A program made the position numbers and the translations under genes. Under the pieces are notes generated by a model. The model was not told the origin of the DNA, made no database searches, and worked only from the letters and a program-made list of their open reading frames with translations. This document shows, piece after piece, positions 14,261 to 28,525 of a stretch of 64,000 nt of DNA. The number at the start of each line of letters is the position of its first letter. Within the stretch, counting starts at the first letter, position 1. The stretch is from the human T2T-CHM13v2.0 reference genome, Homo sapiens: the NCBI RefSeq assembly GCF_009914755.1, contig NC_060948.1; one strand, 5' to 3'.

Positions 14261-17200
14261 GAAACGGAATGCAAAGGAATGGAATGGAATAGTATGGAAT
14301 GGAATGGAAAGGAATGGAGTGGAATAGACTAGAGTGGAATGGAATGGACTGGAAAGCAATGGACTGGAATGGAACTTTCTTGAATGGACTGGAATCAAAC
14401 GGAATGGAATGCAATGCAATCAAATGGCATGGAATAAAATAGAATGAAAGAGAATCAAATGGAATTGAATCGAATGGAATCGAATGGATTGGAAAGGAAT
14501 AGAATGGAATGGAATGGAATTGACTCAAATGGAATGGACTAGAATGGAATGGATTCGAATGGAAGGCAAAGGAATGGAATCTATTGGAATGGACTGTAAT
14601 GGAATGGAATGGAAGGGATTGGAATGGACTCGAATGGAATGGACTGCAATAGAAAGGATTCGAATGGAATGAAAAAGAATTGAATGGAATAGAACAGAAT
14701 GGAATCAAATCGAATGAAATGGAATGGAATAGAAAGGAATGGAATGAAATGGAATGGAAAGGATTCGAATGGAATGCAATCGAATGGAATGGAATCGAAC
14801 GGAATGGAATAAAATGGAAGAAAACTGGCAAGAAATGGAATCGAAATGAATGGAGTGTTATGGAACGGACTCAAAAGGAATTGAATGTAATAGAATGGAG
14901 TGGAGTGGACTCGAATATAATGGACTGGAATGGAATGAAATCACATGGAATGGGAACGAATGGAATGGAATGGAAAGGAATGGAATCGAATGGAAAGGAA
15001 TCGAATGGAAGGGAATGAAATTGAATCAACAGGAATGGAAGGGAATAGAATAGACGGTAATGGAATGGACTCGAATAGAATGGACACGAATGCTCAAATT
15101 AAATGGACTCGAATGGAATGGAAACGAAAGGAATGTCATCGAATGGAATTGAATCGATTGGAATGAAATCGCATAGAATGGAGTGGAATCAAATGGAATT
15201 GAATCGAAAGGAAAGGAAGCGAATGGACTGAAATGAAATGGAATGGAATTGAATGGAAAGTAATGCAATGGAATAGAATGGAACGAAATTTCACGGAATG
15301 GAATCAAACTGAATGGAATCAAATCAATGGAATCAAATCAAATGGAATGGAAAGGAATTGAATGGAGTAGATTGGATTGGATGGGATTGGAATGAAATGT
15401 ACTGGAAAGGACTCGAATTTCATGAAACGGAATGGAATGAATTGGAACGGAATGGACTCGAATGGAATGGAATGTCATGGAATGGCATCAAATGGAATGG
15501 CATCAAATGGAATGGAATCGAATGCAATGGAATGCTATGGAATGGAATGGAATGCATTGGAATGGAATGTCCTCTAATGGAATGGATTCGAGTGGAATGG
15601 AATCGAATATAATGGAGTCGAATGAAATGGAATTGAAAGGAATGGGATCGAATACAATGGAATATACTGGAATGTAATGTAATGAACTCGAATGTAATTG
15701 ACTGGAATGGAATGTACATGAATGGAATGTAATCGAATGGAAAGTAATCCAATGGAATAGAATCTAATGCAATAACACCGACTCAGATAGAGTAGAATGT
15801 AATGGAATGGAGTGCAGTACAATGGAAGGGAATGGAATTGAATGCAATGGAATGGAATGGAATGGAATGGAATGGAATGGAATGGAATGGAATGGGATGG
15901 AATGGTATGGAATGGATAGTAATGGACTGGAGTGAAATGGACTGGAAAGGAATGGACTCAAATTGAAAGGGCTCGAAAGGAATGGAGTCAAATGGAATGG
16001 TCTGGAATGGAATGAACACGAATGTAATGCAATCCAATAGAATGGAATCGAATGGCATGGAATATAAAGAAATGGAATCGAAGAGAATGGAAACAAATGG
16101 AATGGAATTGAATGGAATGGAATTGAATGGAATGGGAACGAATGGAGTGAAATTGTATGCAGTAGAAGGGAATAGAATGGAATGCAAGCGAAAGGAAAGG
16201 AATGGATTGGAATGGAATGGAATTCATTGGAATGGAAGGGAATGTAGTGTAATGGACAGGCCTGGAATAAAGTGGAATGCTACGGTCTCGAATGGAATAA
16301 AAATGTATGGAATGGAATGCAATGAAACGGAATCGAATGTCATAGAATGTAATGGAATGCAAAAAAATGGAATCCAAAATCATTGACTGGAAAGGCTGGG
16401 TGTCGAAAGGAATTGACTCCAATGGAATGGAATCGAATGGAATGGAAGTGAATAGAATCGAACTAAATCGAATGGAATGGAATTGATAGGAACGGAATGG
16501 AAAGGAATGCAATGATTTGGCATGGAATGGAATCGAATGGCATCGAATGGAATGGAATGGAATGCAATGGAATGGAATGTATTAGAATGTAATGAACTTT
16601 AATGGAATGTACTCGAATGGATTCGACTGGAATGGAATGTTCTGGAAGTGAATGGACTCCAATGGAATGGATTCAAAAGGAATGGAATCGTACGGAATGG
16701 AATCTAATGGAATGGAATTAAATGGAAATGAATCAAATTGAATAGCACGGAATTGAATTGAATGGAATGGAATGCAATGGAATCTAATGAAACGGAAAGG
16801 AAAGGAATGGAATGGAATGGAATGGACTGGAATGGAAAGGAATCGAAACGAATGGAATGGAATCGAACTGAAGAGACTGGAATGGAATGCACTGGAATGG
16901 AAGGGAGTGTAATGGAAGGTTCTCGAAAAAAATGGAATCGAATGGAATGGAATTGAATGGAACGGAATAGAGTCGAATGGAATTGAATGGAATGGAATGG
17001 ACTAGAGTGAAATGGAATCGAACCGCAAGGAATGGACATGAATAGAATGGTCTCGAATTGAATGGAATCGTATGGAATGGCATCAAACGGAATGGAATGC
17101 ACAGCCACGGAATGGAATGCACTCGAATGCAATGGAGTCGAAACTAATGGACTGGAATAGAATGGACTCGACTGGTACGGACTCCAATGGAATGGAATCG

Positions 17201-17829
17201 AACGGAAGGGAATCGAACGGAATGGACTCGAAGGGAAAAGACTGCAATGGAAAGGTCTCGAATGGAATGGAAATTAATGGAATGGAATGGAATCGAATGA
17301 AATGTAGTCAAAAGGAATGGAATCGTATGGCAAGAAATCGAATGTAATGGAATCACAAGGAATTGATGTGAACGGAACGGAATGGAATGGAATCCAAAGG
17401 AATGGAATAGAATGGAATGGAATCGAATGGAAAGGACTCGAATGGAAATCACTCGAATAGAATGCAATTTAATAAAATAGGATCAAATGTAATGGAATGG
17501 AATGAAAAGGAATCGAAACGAAAGGAATGGAGACAGATGGAATGGAATGGAACAGAGAGCAATGGTATAGAATGGAATGGAATCATCTGGAATGGAATTG
17601 AATGGAATGGAATAATATGAAATGGAATGGAATGGAATGGAATGGAATGCCCTTGAATTAAATGGACTGGAATGGAATGGACTCGAACAGAGTGGAATGG
17701 AAAGTGTTGAGATAGAATGGAATGGACTCCTTTGGAATGGTGTAGTATGCAATGCAATCGACTGGCAGGGAATCAAAAGGAATGTAATCGAATGGATTGG
17801 ACTGGAATGCAATGGACTCGAATAGATTG
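14261..17829 (+). repeat. Unit 5 (3569 bp; near copy of unit 3)
   Basis: Landmark spacing 14484 to 18053. Shares variants with unit 3. Confidence 0.92.
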
Positions 17830-20800
17830 CAAACAGAATGCAAAGGAATGGAATGGAATAGTATGGAATGGAATGGAAAGGAATGGAGTGGAATAGACTA
17901 GAGTGGAATGGAATGGACTGGAAAGCAATGGACTGGAATGGAACTTTCTTGAATGGACTGGAATCAAACGGAATGGAATGCAATGCAATCAAATGGCATG
18001 GAATAAAATAGAATGAAAGAGAATCAAATGGAATTGAATCGAATGGAATCGAATGGATTGGAAAGGAATAGAATGGAATGGAATGGAATTGACTCAAATG
18101 GAATGGACTAGAATGGAATGGATTCGAATGGAAGGCAAAGGAATGGAATCTATTGGAATGGACTGTAATGGAATGGAATGGAAGGGATTGGAATGGACTC
18201 GAATGGAATGGACTGCAATAGAAAGGATTCGAATGGAATGAAAAAGAATTGAATGGAATAGAACAGAATGGAATCAAATCGAATGAAATGGAATGGAATA
18301 GAAAGGAATGGAATGAAATGGAATGGAAAGGATTCGAATGGAATGCAATCGAATGGAATGGAATCGAACGGAATGGAATAAAATGGAAGAAAACTGGCAA
18401 GAAATGGAATCGAAATGAATGGAGTGTTATGGAACGGACTCAAAAGGAATTGAATGTAATAGAATGGAGTGGAGTGGACTCGAATATAATGGACTGGAAT
18501 GGAATGAAATCACATGGAATGGGAACGAATGGAATGGAATGGAAAGGAATGGAATCGAATGGAAAGGAATCGAATGGAAGGGAATGAAATTGAATCAACA
18601 GGAATGGAAGGGAATAGAATAGACGGTAATGGAATGGACTCGAATAGAATGGACACGAATGCTCAAATTGAATGGACTCGAATGGAATGGAAACGAAAGG
18701 AATGTCATCGAATGGAATTGAATCGATTGGAATGAAATCGCATAGAATGGAGTGGAATCAAATGGAATTGAATCGAAAGGAAAGGAAGCGAATGGACTGA
18801 AATGAAATGGAATGGAATTGAATGGAAAGTAATGCAATGGAATAGAATGGAACGAAATTTCACGGAACGGAATCAAACTGAATGGAATCAAATCAATGGA
18901 ATCCACTCAAATGGAATGGAAAGGAATTGAATGGAGTAGATTGGATTGGATGGGATTGGAATGAAATGTACTGGAAAGGACTCGAATTTCATGAAACGGA
19001 ATGGAATGAATTGGAACGGAATGGACTCGAATGGAATGGAATTTCATGGAATGGCATCAAATGGTATGGCATCAAATGGAATGGAATCGAATGCAATGGA
19101 ATGCTATGGAATGGAATGGAATGCATTGGAATGGAATGTCCTCTAATGGAATGGATTCGAGTGGAATGGAATCGAATATAATGGAGTCGAATGAAATGGA
19201 ATTGAAAGGAATGGGATCGAATACAATGGAATATACTGGAATGTAATGTAATGAACTCGAATGTAATTGACTGGAATGGAATGTACATGAATGGAATGTA
19301 ATCGAATGGAAAGTAATCCAATGGAATAGAATCTAATGCAATAAAATCGACTCAGATAGAGTAGAATGTAATGGAATGGAGTGCAGTGCAATGGAATGGA
19401 ATGGAATGGAATGCAATGGAATGGAATGGAATGGAATGGAATGGAATGGAATGGAATGGGATGGGATGGAATGGTATGGAATGGATAGTAATGGACTGGA
19501 GTGAAATGGACTGGAAAGGAATGGACTCAAATTGAAAGGGCTCGAAAGGAATGGAGTCAAATGGAATGGTCTGGAATGGAATGAACACGAATGTAATGCA
19601 ATCCAATAGAATGGAATCGAATGGCATGGAATATAAAGAAATGGAATCGGAGAGAATGGAAACAAATGGAATGGAATTGAATGGAATGGAATTGAATGGA
19701 ATGGGAACGAATGGAGTGAAATTGTATGCAGTAGAAGGGAATAGAATGGAATGCAAGCGAAAGGAAAGGAATGGATTGGAATGGAATGGAATTCATTGGA
19801 ATGGAAGGGAATGTAGTGTAATGGACAGGCCTGGAATAAAGTGGAATGCTACGGTCTCGAATGGAATAAAAATGTATGGAATGGAATGCAATGAAATGGA
19901 ATCGAATGTCATAGAATGTAATGGAATGCAAAAAATGGAATCCAAAATCATTGACTGGAAAGGCTGGGTGTCGAAAGGAATTGACTCCAATGGAATGGAA
20001 TCGAATGGAATGGAAGTGAATAGAATCGAACTAAATCGAATGGAATGGAATTGATAGGAACGGAATGGAAAGGAATGCAATGATTTGGCATGGAATGGAA
20101 TCGAATGGCATCGAATGGAATGGAATGGAATGCAATGGAATGGAATGTATTAGAATATAATGAACTTTAATGGAATGTACTCGAATGGATTCGACTGGAA
20201 TGGAATGTTCTGGAAGTGAATGGACTCCAATGGAATGGATTCAAAAGGAATGGAATCGTACGGAATGGAATCTAATGGAATGGAATTAAATGGAAATGAA
20301 TCAAATTGAATAGCATGGAATTGAATTGAATGGAATGGAATGCAATGGAATCTAATGAAACGGAAAGGAAAGGAATGGAATGGAATGGAATGGGCTGGAA
20401 TGGAAAGGAATCGAAACGAATGGAATGGAATCGAACTGAAGAGACTGGAATGGACTGCACTGGAATGGAAGGGAGTGTAATGGAAGGTTCTCGAAAAAAA
20501 TGGAATCGAATGGAATGGAATTGAATGGAACGGAATAGAGTCGAATGGAATTGAATGGAATGGAATGGACTAGAGTGAAATGGAATCGAACCACAAGGAA
20601 TGGAGAGGAATAGAATGGTCTCGAATTGAATGGAATCGTATGGAATGGCATCAAACGGAATGGAATGGACAGCCACGGAATGGAATGCACTCGAATGCAA
20701 TGGAGTCGAAACTAATGGACTGGAATAGAATGGACTCGACTGGTACGGACTCCAATGGAATGGAATCGAATGGAAGGGAATCGAACGGAATGGACTCGAA

Positions 20801-21397
20801 GGGAAAAGACTGCAATGGAAAGGTCTCGAATGGAATGGAAATTAATGGAATGGAATGGAATCGAATGAAATGGAGTCAAAAGGAATGGAATCGAATGGCA
20901 AGAAATCGAATGTAATGGAATCGCAAGGAATTGATGTGAACGGAACGGAATGGAATGGAATCCAAAGGAATGGAATAGAATGGAATGGAATCGAATGGAA
21001 AGGACTCGAATGGCAATCACTCGAATAGAATGCAATTTAATAAAATAGGATCAAATGTAATGGAATGGAATGGAAAGGAATCGAAACGAAAGGAATGGAG
21101 ACAGATGGAATGGAATGGAACAGAGAGCAATGGTATAGAATGGAATGGAATCATCTGGAATGGAATTGAATGGAATGGAATAATATGAAATGGAATGGAA
21201 TGGAATGGAATGGAATGCCCTTGAATTAAATGGACTGGAATGGAATGGACTCGAACAGAGTGGAATGGAAAGTGTTGAGATAGAATGGAATGGACTCCTT
21301 TGGAATGGTGTAGTATGCAATGCAATCGACTGGCAGGGAATCAAAAGGAATGTAATCGAATGGATTGGACTGGAATGCAATGGACTCGAATAGATTG
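17830..21397 (+). repeat. Unit 6 (3568 bp; near copy of unit 4)
   Basis: Landmark spacing 18053 to 21621. Shares variants with unit 4. Confidence 0.92.
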
Positions 21398-24300
21398 GAA
21401 ACGGAATGCAAAGGAATGGAATGGAATAGTATGGAATGGAATGGAAAGGAATGGAGTGGAATAGACTAGAGTGGAATGGAATGGACTGGAAAGCAATGGA
21501 CTGGAATGGAACTTTCTTGAATGGACTGGAATCAAACGGAATGGAATGCAATGCAATCAAATGGCATGGAATAAAATAGAATGAAAGAGAATCAAATGGA
21601 ATTGAATCGAATGGAATCGAATGGATTGGAAAGGAATAGAATGGAATGGAATGGAATTGACTCAAATGGAATGGACTAGAATGGAATGGATTCGAATGGA
21701 AGGCAAAGGAATGGAATCTATTGGAATGGACTGTAATGGAATGGAATGGAAGGGATTGGAATGGACTCGAATGGAATGGACTGCAATAGAAAGGATTCGA
21801 ATGGAATGAAAAAGAATTGAATGGAATAGAACAGAATGGAATCAAATCGAATGAAATGGAATGGAATAGAAAGGAATGGAATGAAATGGAATGGAAAGGA
21901 TTCGAATGGAATGCAATCGAATGGAATGGAATCGAACGGAATGGAATAAAATGGAAGAAAACTGGCAAGAAATGGAATCGAAATGAATGGAGTGTTATGG
22001 AACGGACTCAAAAGGAATTGAATGTAATAGAATGGAGTGGAGTGGACTCGAATATAATGGACTGGAATGGAATGAAATCACATGGAATGGGAACGAATGG
22101 AATGGAATGGAAAGGAATGGAATCGAATGGAAAGGAATCGAATGGAAGGGAATGAAATTGAATCAACAGGAATGGAAGGGAATAGAATAGACGGTAATGG
22201 AATGGACTCGAATAGAATGGACACGAATGCTCAAATTGAATGGACTCGAATGGAATGGAAACGAAAGGAATGTCATCGAATGGAATTGAATCGATTGGAA
22301 TGAAATCGCATAGAATGGAGTGGAATCAAATGGAATTGAATCGAAAGGAAAGGAAGCGAATGGACTGAAATGAAATGGAATGGAATTGAATGGAAAGTAA
22401 TGCAATGGAATAGAATGGAACGAAATTTCACGGAATGGAATCAAACTGAATGGAATCAAATCAATGGAATCTAATCAAATGGAATGGAAAGGAATTGAAT
22501 GGAGTAGATTGGATTGGATGGGATTGGAATGAAATGTACTGGAAAGGACTCGAATTTCATGAAACGGAATGGAATTAATTGGAACGGAACGGACTCGAAT
22601 GGAATGGAATGTCATGGAATGGCATCAAATGGAATGGCATCAAATGGAATGGAATCGAATGCAATGGAATGTTATGGAATGGAATGGAATGCATTGGAAT
22701 GGAATGTCCTCTAATGGAATGGATTCGAGTGGAATGGAATCGAATATAATGGAGTCGAATGAAATGGAATTGAAAGGAATGGGATCGAATAGAATGGAAT
22801 ATACTGGAATGTAATGTAATGAACTCGAATGTTATTGACTGGAATGGAATGTACATGAATGGAAGGTAATCGAATGGAAAGTAATCCAATGGAATAGAAT
22901 CTAATGCAATAAAATCGACTCAGATAGAGTAGAATGTAATGGAATGGAGTGCAGTGCAATGGAATGGAATGGAATTGAATGCAATGCAATGGAATGGAAT
23001 GGAATGGAATGGAATGGAATGGAATGGAATGGAATGGAATGGGATGGAATGGTATGGAATGGATAGTAATGGACTGGAGTGAAATGGACTGGAAAGGAAT
23101 GGACTCAAATTGAAAGGGCTCGAAAGGAATGGAGTCAAATGGAATGGTCTGGAATGGAATGAACACGAATGTAATGCAATCCAATAGAATGGAATCGAAT
23201 GGCATGGAATATAAAGAAATGGATTCGAAGAGAATGGAAACAAATGGTATGGAATTGAATGGAATGGAATTGAATGGAATGGGAACGAATGGAGTGAAAT
23301 TGTATGCAGTAGAAGGGAATAGAATGGAATGCAAGCGAAAGGAAAGGAATGGATTGGAATGGAATGGAATTCATTGGAATGGAAGGGAATGTAGTGTAAT
23401 GGACAGGCCTGGAATAAAGTGGAATGCTACGGTCTCGAATGGAATAAAAATGTATGGAATGGAATACAAAGAAACGGAATCGAATGTCATAGAATGTAAT
23501 GGAATGCAACAAAATGGAATCCAAAATCATTGACTGGAAAGGCTGGGTGTCGAAAGGAATTGACTCCAATGGAATGGAATCGAATGGAATGGAAGTGAAT
23601 AGAATCGAACTAAATCGAATGGAATGGAATTGATAGGAACGGAATGGAAAGGAATGCAATGATTTGGCATGGAATGGAATCGAATGGCATCGAATGGAAT
23701 GGAATGGAATGCAATGGAATGGAATGTATTAGAATGTAATGAACTTTAATGGAATGTACTCGAATGGATTCGACTGGAATGGAATGTTCTGGAAGTGAAT
23801 GGACTCCAATGGAATGGATTCAAAAGGAATGGAATCGTACGGAATGGAATCTAATGGAATGGAATTAAATGGAAATGAATCAAATTGAATAGCACGGAAT
23901 TGAATTGAATGGAATGGAATGCAATGGAATCTAATGAAACGGAAAGGAAAGGAATGGAATGGAATGGAATGGGCTGGAATGGAAAGGAATCGAAACGAAT
24001 GGAATGGAATCGAACTGAAGAGACTGGAATGGAATGCACTGGAATGGAAGGGAGTGTAATGGAAGGTTCTCGAAAAAAATGGAATCGAATGGAATGGAAT
24101 TGAATGGAACGGAATAGAGTCGAATGGAATTGAATGGAATGGAATGGACTAGAGTGAAATGGAATCGAACCACAAGGAATGGAGAGGAATAGAATGGTCT
24201 CGAATTGAATGGAATCGTATGGAATGGCATCAAACGGAATGGAATGGACAGCCACGGAATGGAATGCACTCGAATGCAATGGAGTCGAAACTAATGGACT

Positions 24301-24981
24301 GGAATAGAATGGACTCGACTGGTACGGACTCCAATGGAATGGAATCGAATGGAAGGGAATCGAACGGAATGGACTCGAAGGGAAAAGACTGCAATGGAAA
24401 GGTCTCGAATGGAATGGAAATTAATGGAATGGAATGGAATCGAATGAAATGGAGTCAAAAGGAATGGAATCGAATGGCAAGAAATCGAATGTAATGGAAT
24501 CGCAAGGAATTGATGTGAACGGAACGGAATGGAATGGAATCCAAAGGAATGGAATAGAATGGAATGGAATCGAATGGAAAGGACTCGAATGGCAATCACT
24601 CGAATAGAATGCAATTTAATAAAATAGGATCAAATGTAATGGAATGGAATGGAAAGGAATCGAAACGAAAGGAATGGAGACAGATGGAATGGAATGGAAC
24701 AGAGAGCAATGGTATAGAATGGAATGGAATCATCTGGAATGGAATTGAATGGAATGGAATAATATGAAATGGAATGGAATGGAATGGAATGGAATGGAAT
24801 GCCCTTGAATTAAATGGACTGGAATGGAATGGACTCGAACAGAGTGGAATGGAAAGTGTTGAGATAGAATGGAATGGACTCCTTTGGAATGGTGTAGTAT
24901 GCAATGCAATCGACTGGCAGGGAATCAAAAGGAATGTAATCGAATGGATTGGACTGGAATGCAATGGACTCGAATAGATTG
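21398..24981 (+). repeat. Unit 7 (3584 bp)
   Basis: Landmark spacing 21621 to 25205. Long GGAAT tract at 22991-23040 and an extra pentamer before GCCCT near 24800. Confidence 0.92.
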
Positions 24982-27900
24982 GAAACGGAATGCAAAGGAA
25001 TGGAATGGAATAGTATGGAATGGAATGGAAAGGAATGGAGTGTAATAGACTAGAGTGGAATGGAATGGACTGGAAAGCAATGGACTGGAATGGAACTTTC
25101 TTGAATGGACTGGAATCAAACGGAATGGAATGCAATGCAATCAAATGGCATGGAATAAAATAGAATGAAAGAGAATCAAATGGAATTGAATCGAATGGAA
25201 TCGAATGGAATGGAAAGGAATAGAATGGAATGGAATGGAATGGACTCAAATGGAATGGACTAGAAAGGAATGGATTCGAATGGAAGGCAAAGGAATGGAA
25301 TCTATTGGAATGGACTGTAATGGAATGGAATGGAAGGGATTGGAATGGACTCGAATGGAATGGACTGCAATAGAAAGGATTCGAATGGAATGAAAAAGAA
25401 TTGAATGGAATAGAACAAAATGGAATCATATCGAATGAAATGGAACGGAATAGAAAGGAATGGAATGAAATGGAATGGAAAGGATTCGAATGGAATGCAA
25501 TCGAATGGAATGGAATCGAACGGAATGGAATAAAATGGAAGAAAACTGGCAAGAAATGGAATCGAAATGAATGGAGTGTTATGGAACGGACTCAAAAGGA
25601 ATTGAATGTAATAGAATGGAGTGGAGTGGACTCGAATATAATGGACTGGAATGGAATGAAATCACATGGAATGGGAACGAATGGAATGGAATGGAAAGGA
25701 ATGGAATCGAATGGAAAGGAATCGAATGGAAGGGAATGAAATTGAATCAACAGGAATGGAAGGGAATAGAATAGACGGTAATGGAATGGACTCGAATAGA
25801 ATGGACACGAATGCTCAAATTGAATGGACTCGAATGGAATGGAAACGAAAGGAATGTCATCGAATGGAATTGAATCGATTGGAATGAAATCGCATAGAAT
25901 GGAGTGGAATCAAATGGAATTGAATCGAAAGGAAAGGAAGCGAATGGACTGAAATGAAATGGAATGGAATTGAATGGAAAGTAATGCAATGGAATAGAAT
26001 GGAACGAAATTTCACGGAATGGAATCAAACTGAATGGAATCAAATCAATGGAATCAAATCAAATGGAATGGAAAGGAATTGAATGGAGTAGATGGGATTG
26101 GATGGGATTGGAATGAAATGTACTGGAAAGGACTCGAATTTCATGAAACGGAATGGAATGAATTGGAACGGAATGGACTCGAATGGAATGGAATGTCATG
26201 GAATGGCATCAAATGGAATGGCATCAAATGGAATGGAATCGAATGCAATGGAATGCTATGGAATGGAATGGAATGCATTGGAATGGAATGTCCTCTAATG
26301 GAATGGATTCGAGTGGAATGGAATCGAATATAATGGAGTCGAATGAAATGGAATTGAAAGGAATGGGATCGAATACAATGGAATATACTGGAATGTAATG
26401 TAATGAACTCGAATGTAATTGACTGGAATGGAATGTACATGAATGGAATGTAATCGAATGGAAAGTAATCCAATGGAATAGAATCTAATGCAATAAAATC
26501 GACTCAGATAGAGTAGAATGTAATGGAATGGAGTGCAGTGCAATGGAATGGAATGGAATGGAATGCAATGGAATGGAATGGAATGGAATGGGATGGAATG
26601 GTATGGAATGGATAGTAATGGACTGGAGTGAAATGGACTGGAAAGGAATGGACTCAAATTGAAAGGGCTCGAAAGGAATGGAGTCAAATGGAATGGTCTG
26701 GAATGGAATGAACACGAATGTAATGCAATCCAATAGAATGGAATCGAATGGCATGGAATATAAAGAAATGGAATCGGAGAGAATGGAAACAAATGGAATG
26801 GAATTGAATGGAATGGAATTGAATGGAATGGGAACGAATGGAGTGAAATTGTATGCAGTGGAAGGGAATAGAATGGAATGCAAGTGAAAGGAAAGGAATG
26901 GATTGGAATGGAATGGAATTCATTGGAATGGAAGGGAATGTAGTGTAATGGACAGGCCTGGAATAAAGTGGAATGCTACGGTCTCGAATGGAATAAAAAT
27001 GTATGGAATGGAATGCAATGAAATGGAATCGAATGTCATAGAATGTAATGGAATGCAACAAAATGGAATCCAAAATCATTGACTGGAAAGGCTGGGTGTC
27101 GAAAGGAATTGACTCCAATGGAATGGAATCGAATGGAATGGAAGTGAATAGAATCGAACTAAATCGAATGGAATGGAATTGATAGGAACGGAATGGAAAG
27201 GAATGCAATGATTTGGCATGGTATGGAATCGAATGGCATCGAATGGAATGGAATGGAATGCAATGGAATGGAATGTATTAGAATGTAATGAACTTTAATG
27301 GAATGTACTCGAATGGATTCGACTGGAATGGAATGTTCTGGAAGTGAATGGACTCCAATGGAATGGATTCCAAAGGAATGGAATCGTACGGAATGGAATC
27401 TAATGGAATGGAATTAAATGGAAATGAATCAAATTGAATAGCACGGAATTGAATTGAATGGAATGGAATGCAATGGAATCTAATGAAACGGAAAGGAAAG
27501 GAATGGAATGGAATGGAATGGGCTGGAATGGAAAGGAATCGAAACGAATGGAATGGAATCGAACTGAAGAGACTGGAATGGAATGCACTGGAATGGAAGG
27601 GAGTGTAATGGAAGGTTCTCGAAAAAAATGGAATCGAATGGAATGGAATTGAATGGAACGGAATAGAGTCGAATGGAATTGAATGGAATGGAATGGACTA
27701 GAGTGAAATGGAATCGAACCACAAGGAATGGACAGGAATAGAATGGTCTCGAATTGAATGGAATCGTATGGAATGGCATGAAACGGAATGGAATGGACAG
27801 CCACGGAATGGAATGCACTCGAATGCAATGGAGTCGAAACTAATGGACTGGAATAGAATGGACTCGACTGGTACGGACTCCAATGGAATGGAATCGAATG

Positions 27901-28525
27901 GAAGGGAATCGAACGGAATGGACTCGAAGGGAAAAGACTGCAATGGAAAGGTCTGGAATGGAATGGAAATTAATGGAATGGAATGAAATCGAATGAAATG
28001 GAGTCAAAAGGAATGGAATCGAATGGCAAGAAATCGAATGTAATGGAATCGCAAGGAATTGATGTGAACGGAACGGAATGGAATGGAATCCAAAGGAATG
28101 GAATAGAATGGAATGGAATCGAATGGAAAGGACTCGAATGGAAATCACTCGAATAGAATGCAATTCAATAAAATAGGATCAAATGTAATGGAATGGAATG
28201 GAAAGGAATCGAAACGAAAGGAATGGAGACAGATGGAATGGAATGGAACAGAGAGCAATGGTATAGAATGGAATGGAATCATCTGGAATGGAATTGAATG
28301 GAATGGAATAATATGAAATGGAATGGAATGGAATGGAATGGAATGCCCTTGAATTAAATGGACTGGAATGGAATGGACTCGAACAGAGTGGAATGGAAAG
28401 TGTTGAGATAGAATGGAATGGACTCCTTTGGAATGGTGTAGTATGCAATGCAATCGACTGGCAGGGAATCAAAAGGAATGTAATGGAATGGACTGGACTG
28501 GAATGCAATGGACTCGAATAGATTG
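24982..28525 (+). repeat. Unit 8 (3544 bp)
   Basis: Landmark spacing 25205 to 28749. Contracted GGAAT tract at 26570-26589. Confidence 0.92.

Larger units (their letters stand above)
7964..21658 (+). repeat. Two-unit tandem duplication, period 7137 bp
   Basis: Diagnostic variants and the ORF track repeat at +7137 (7964/15101, 11458/18595, 12414/19551, 14521/21658). Confidence 0.88.
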
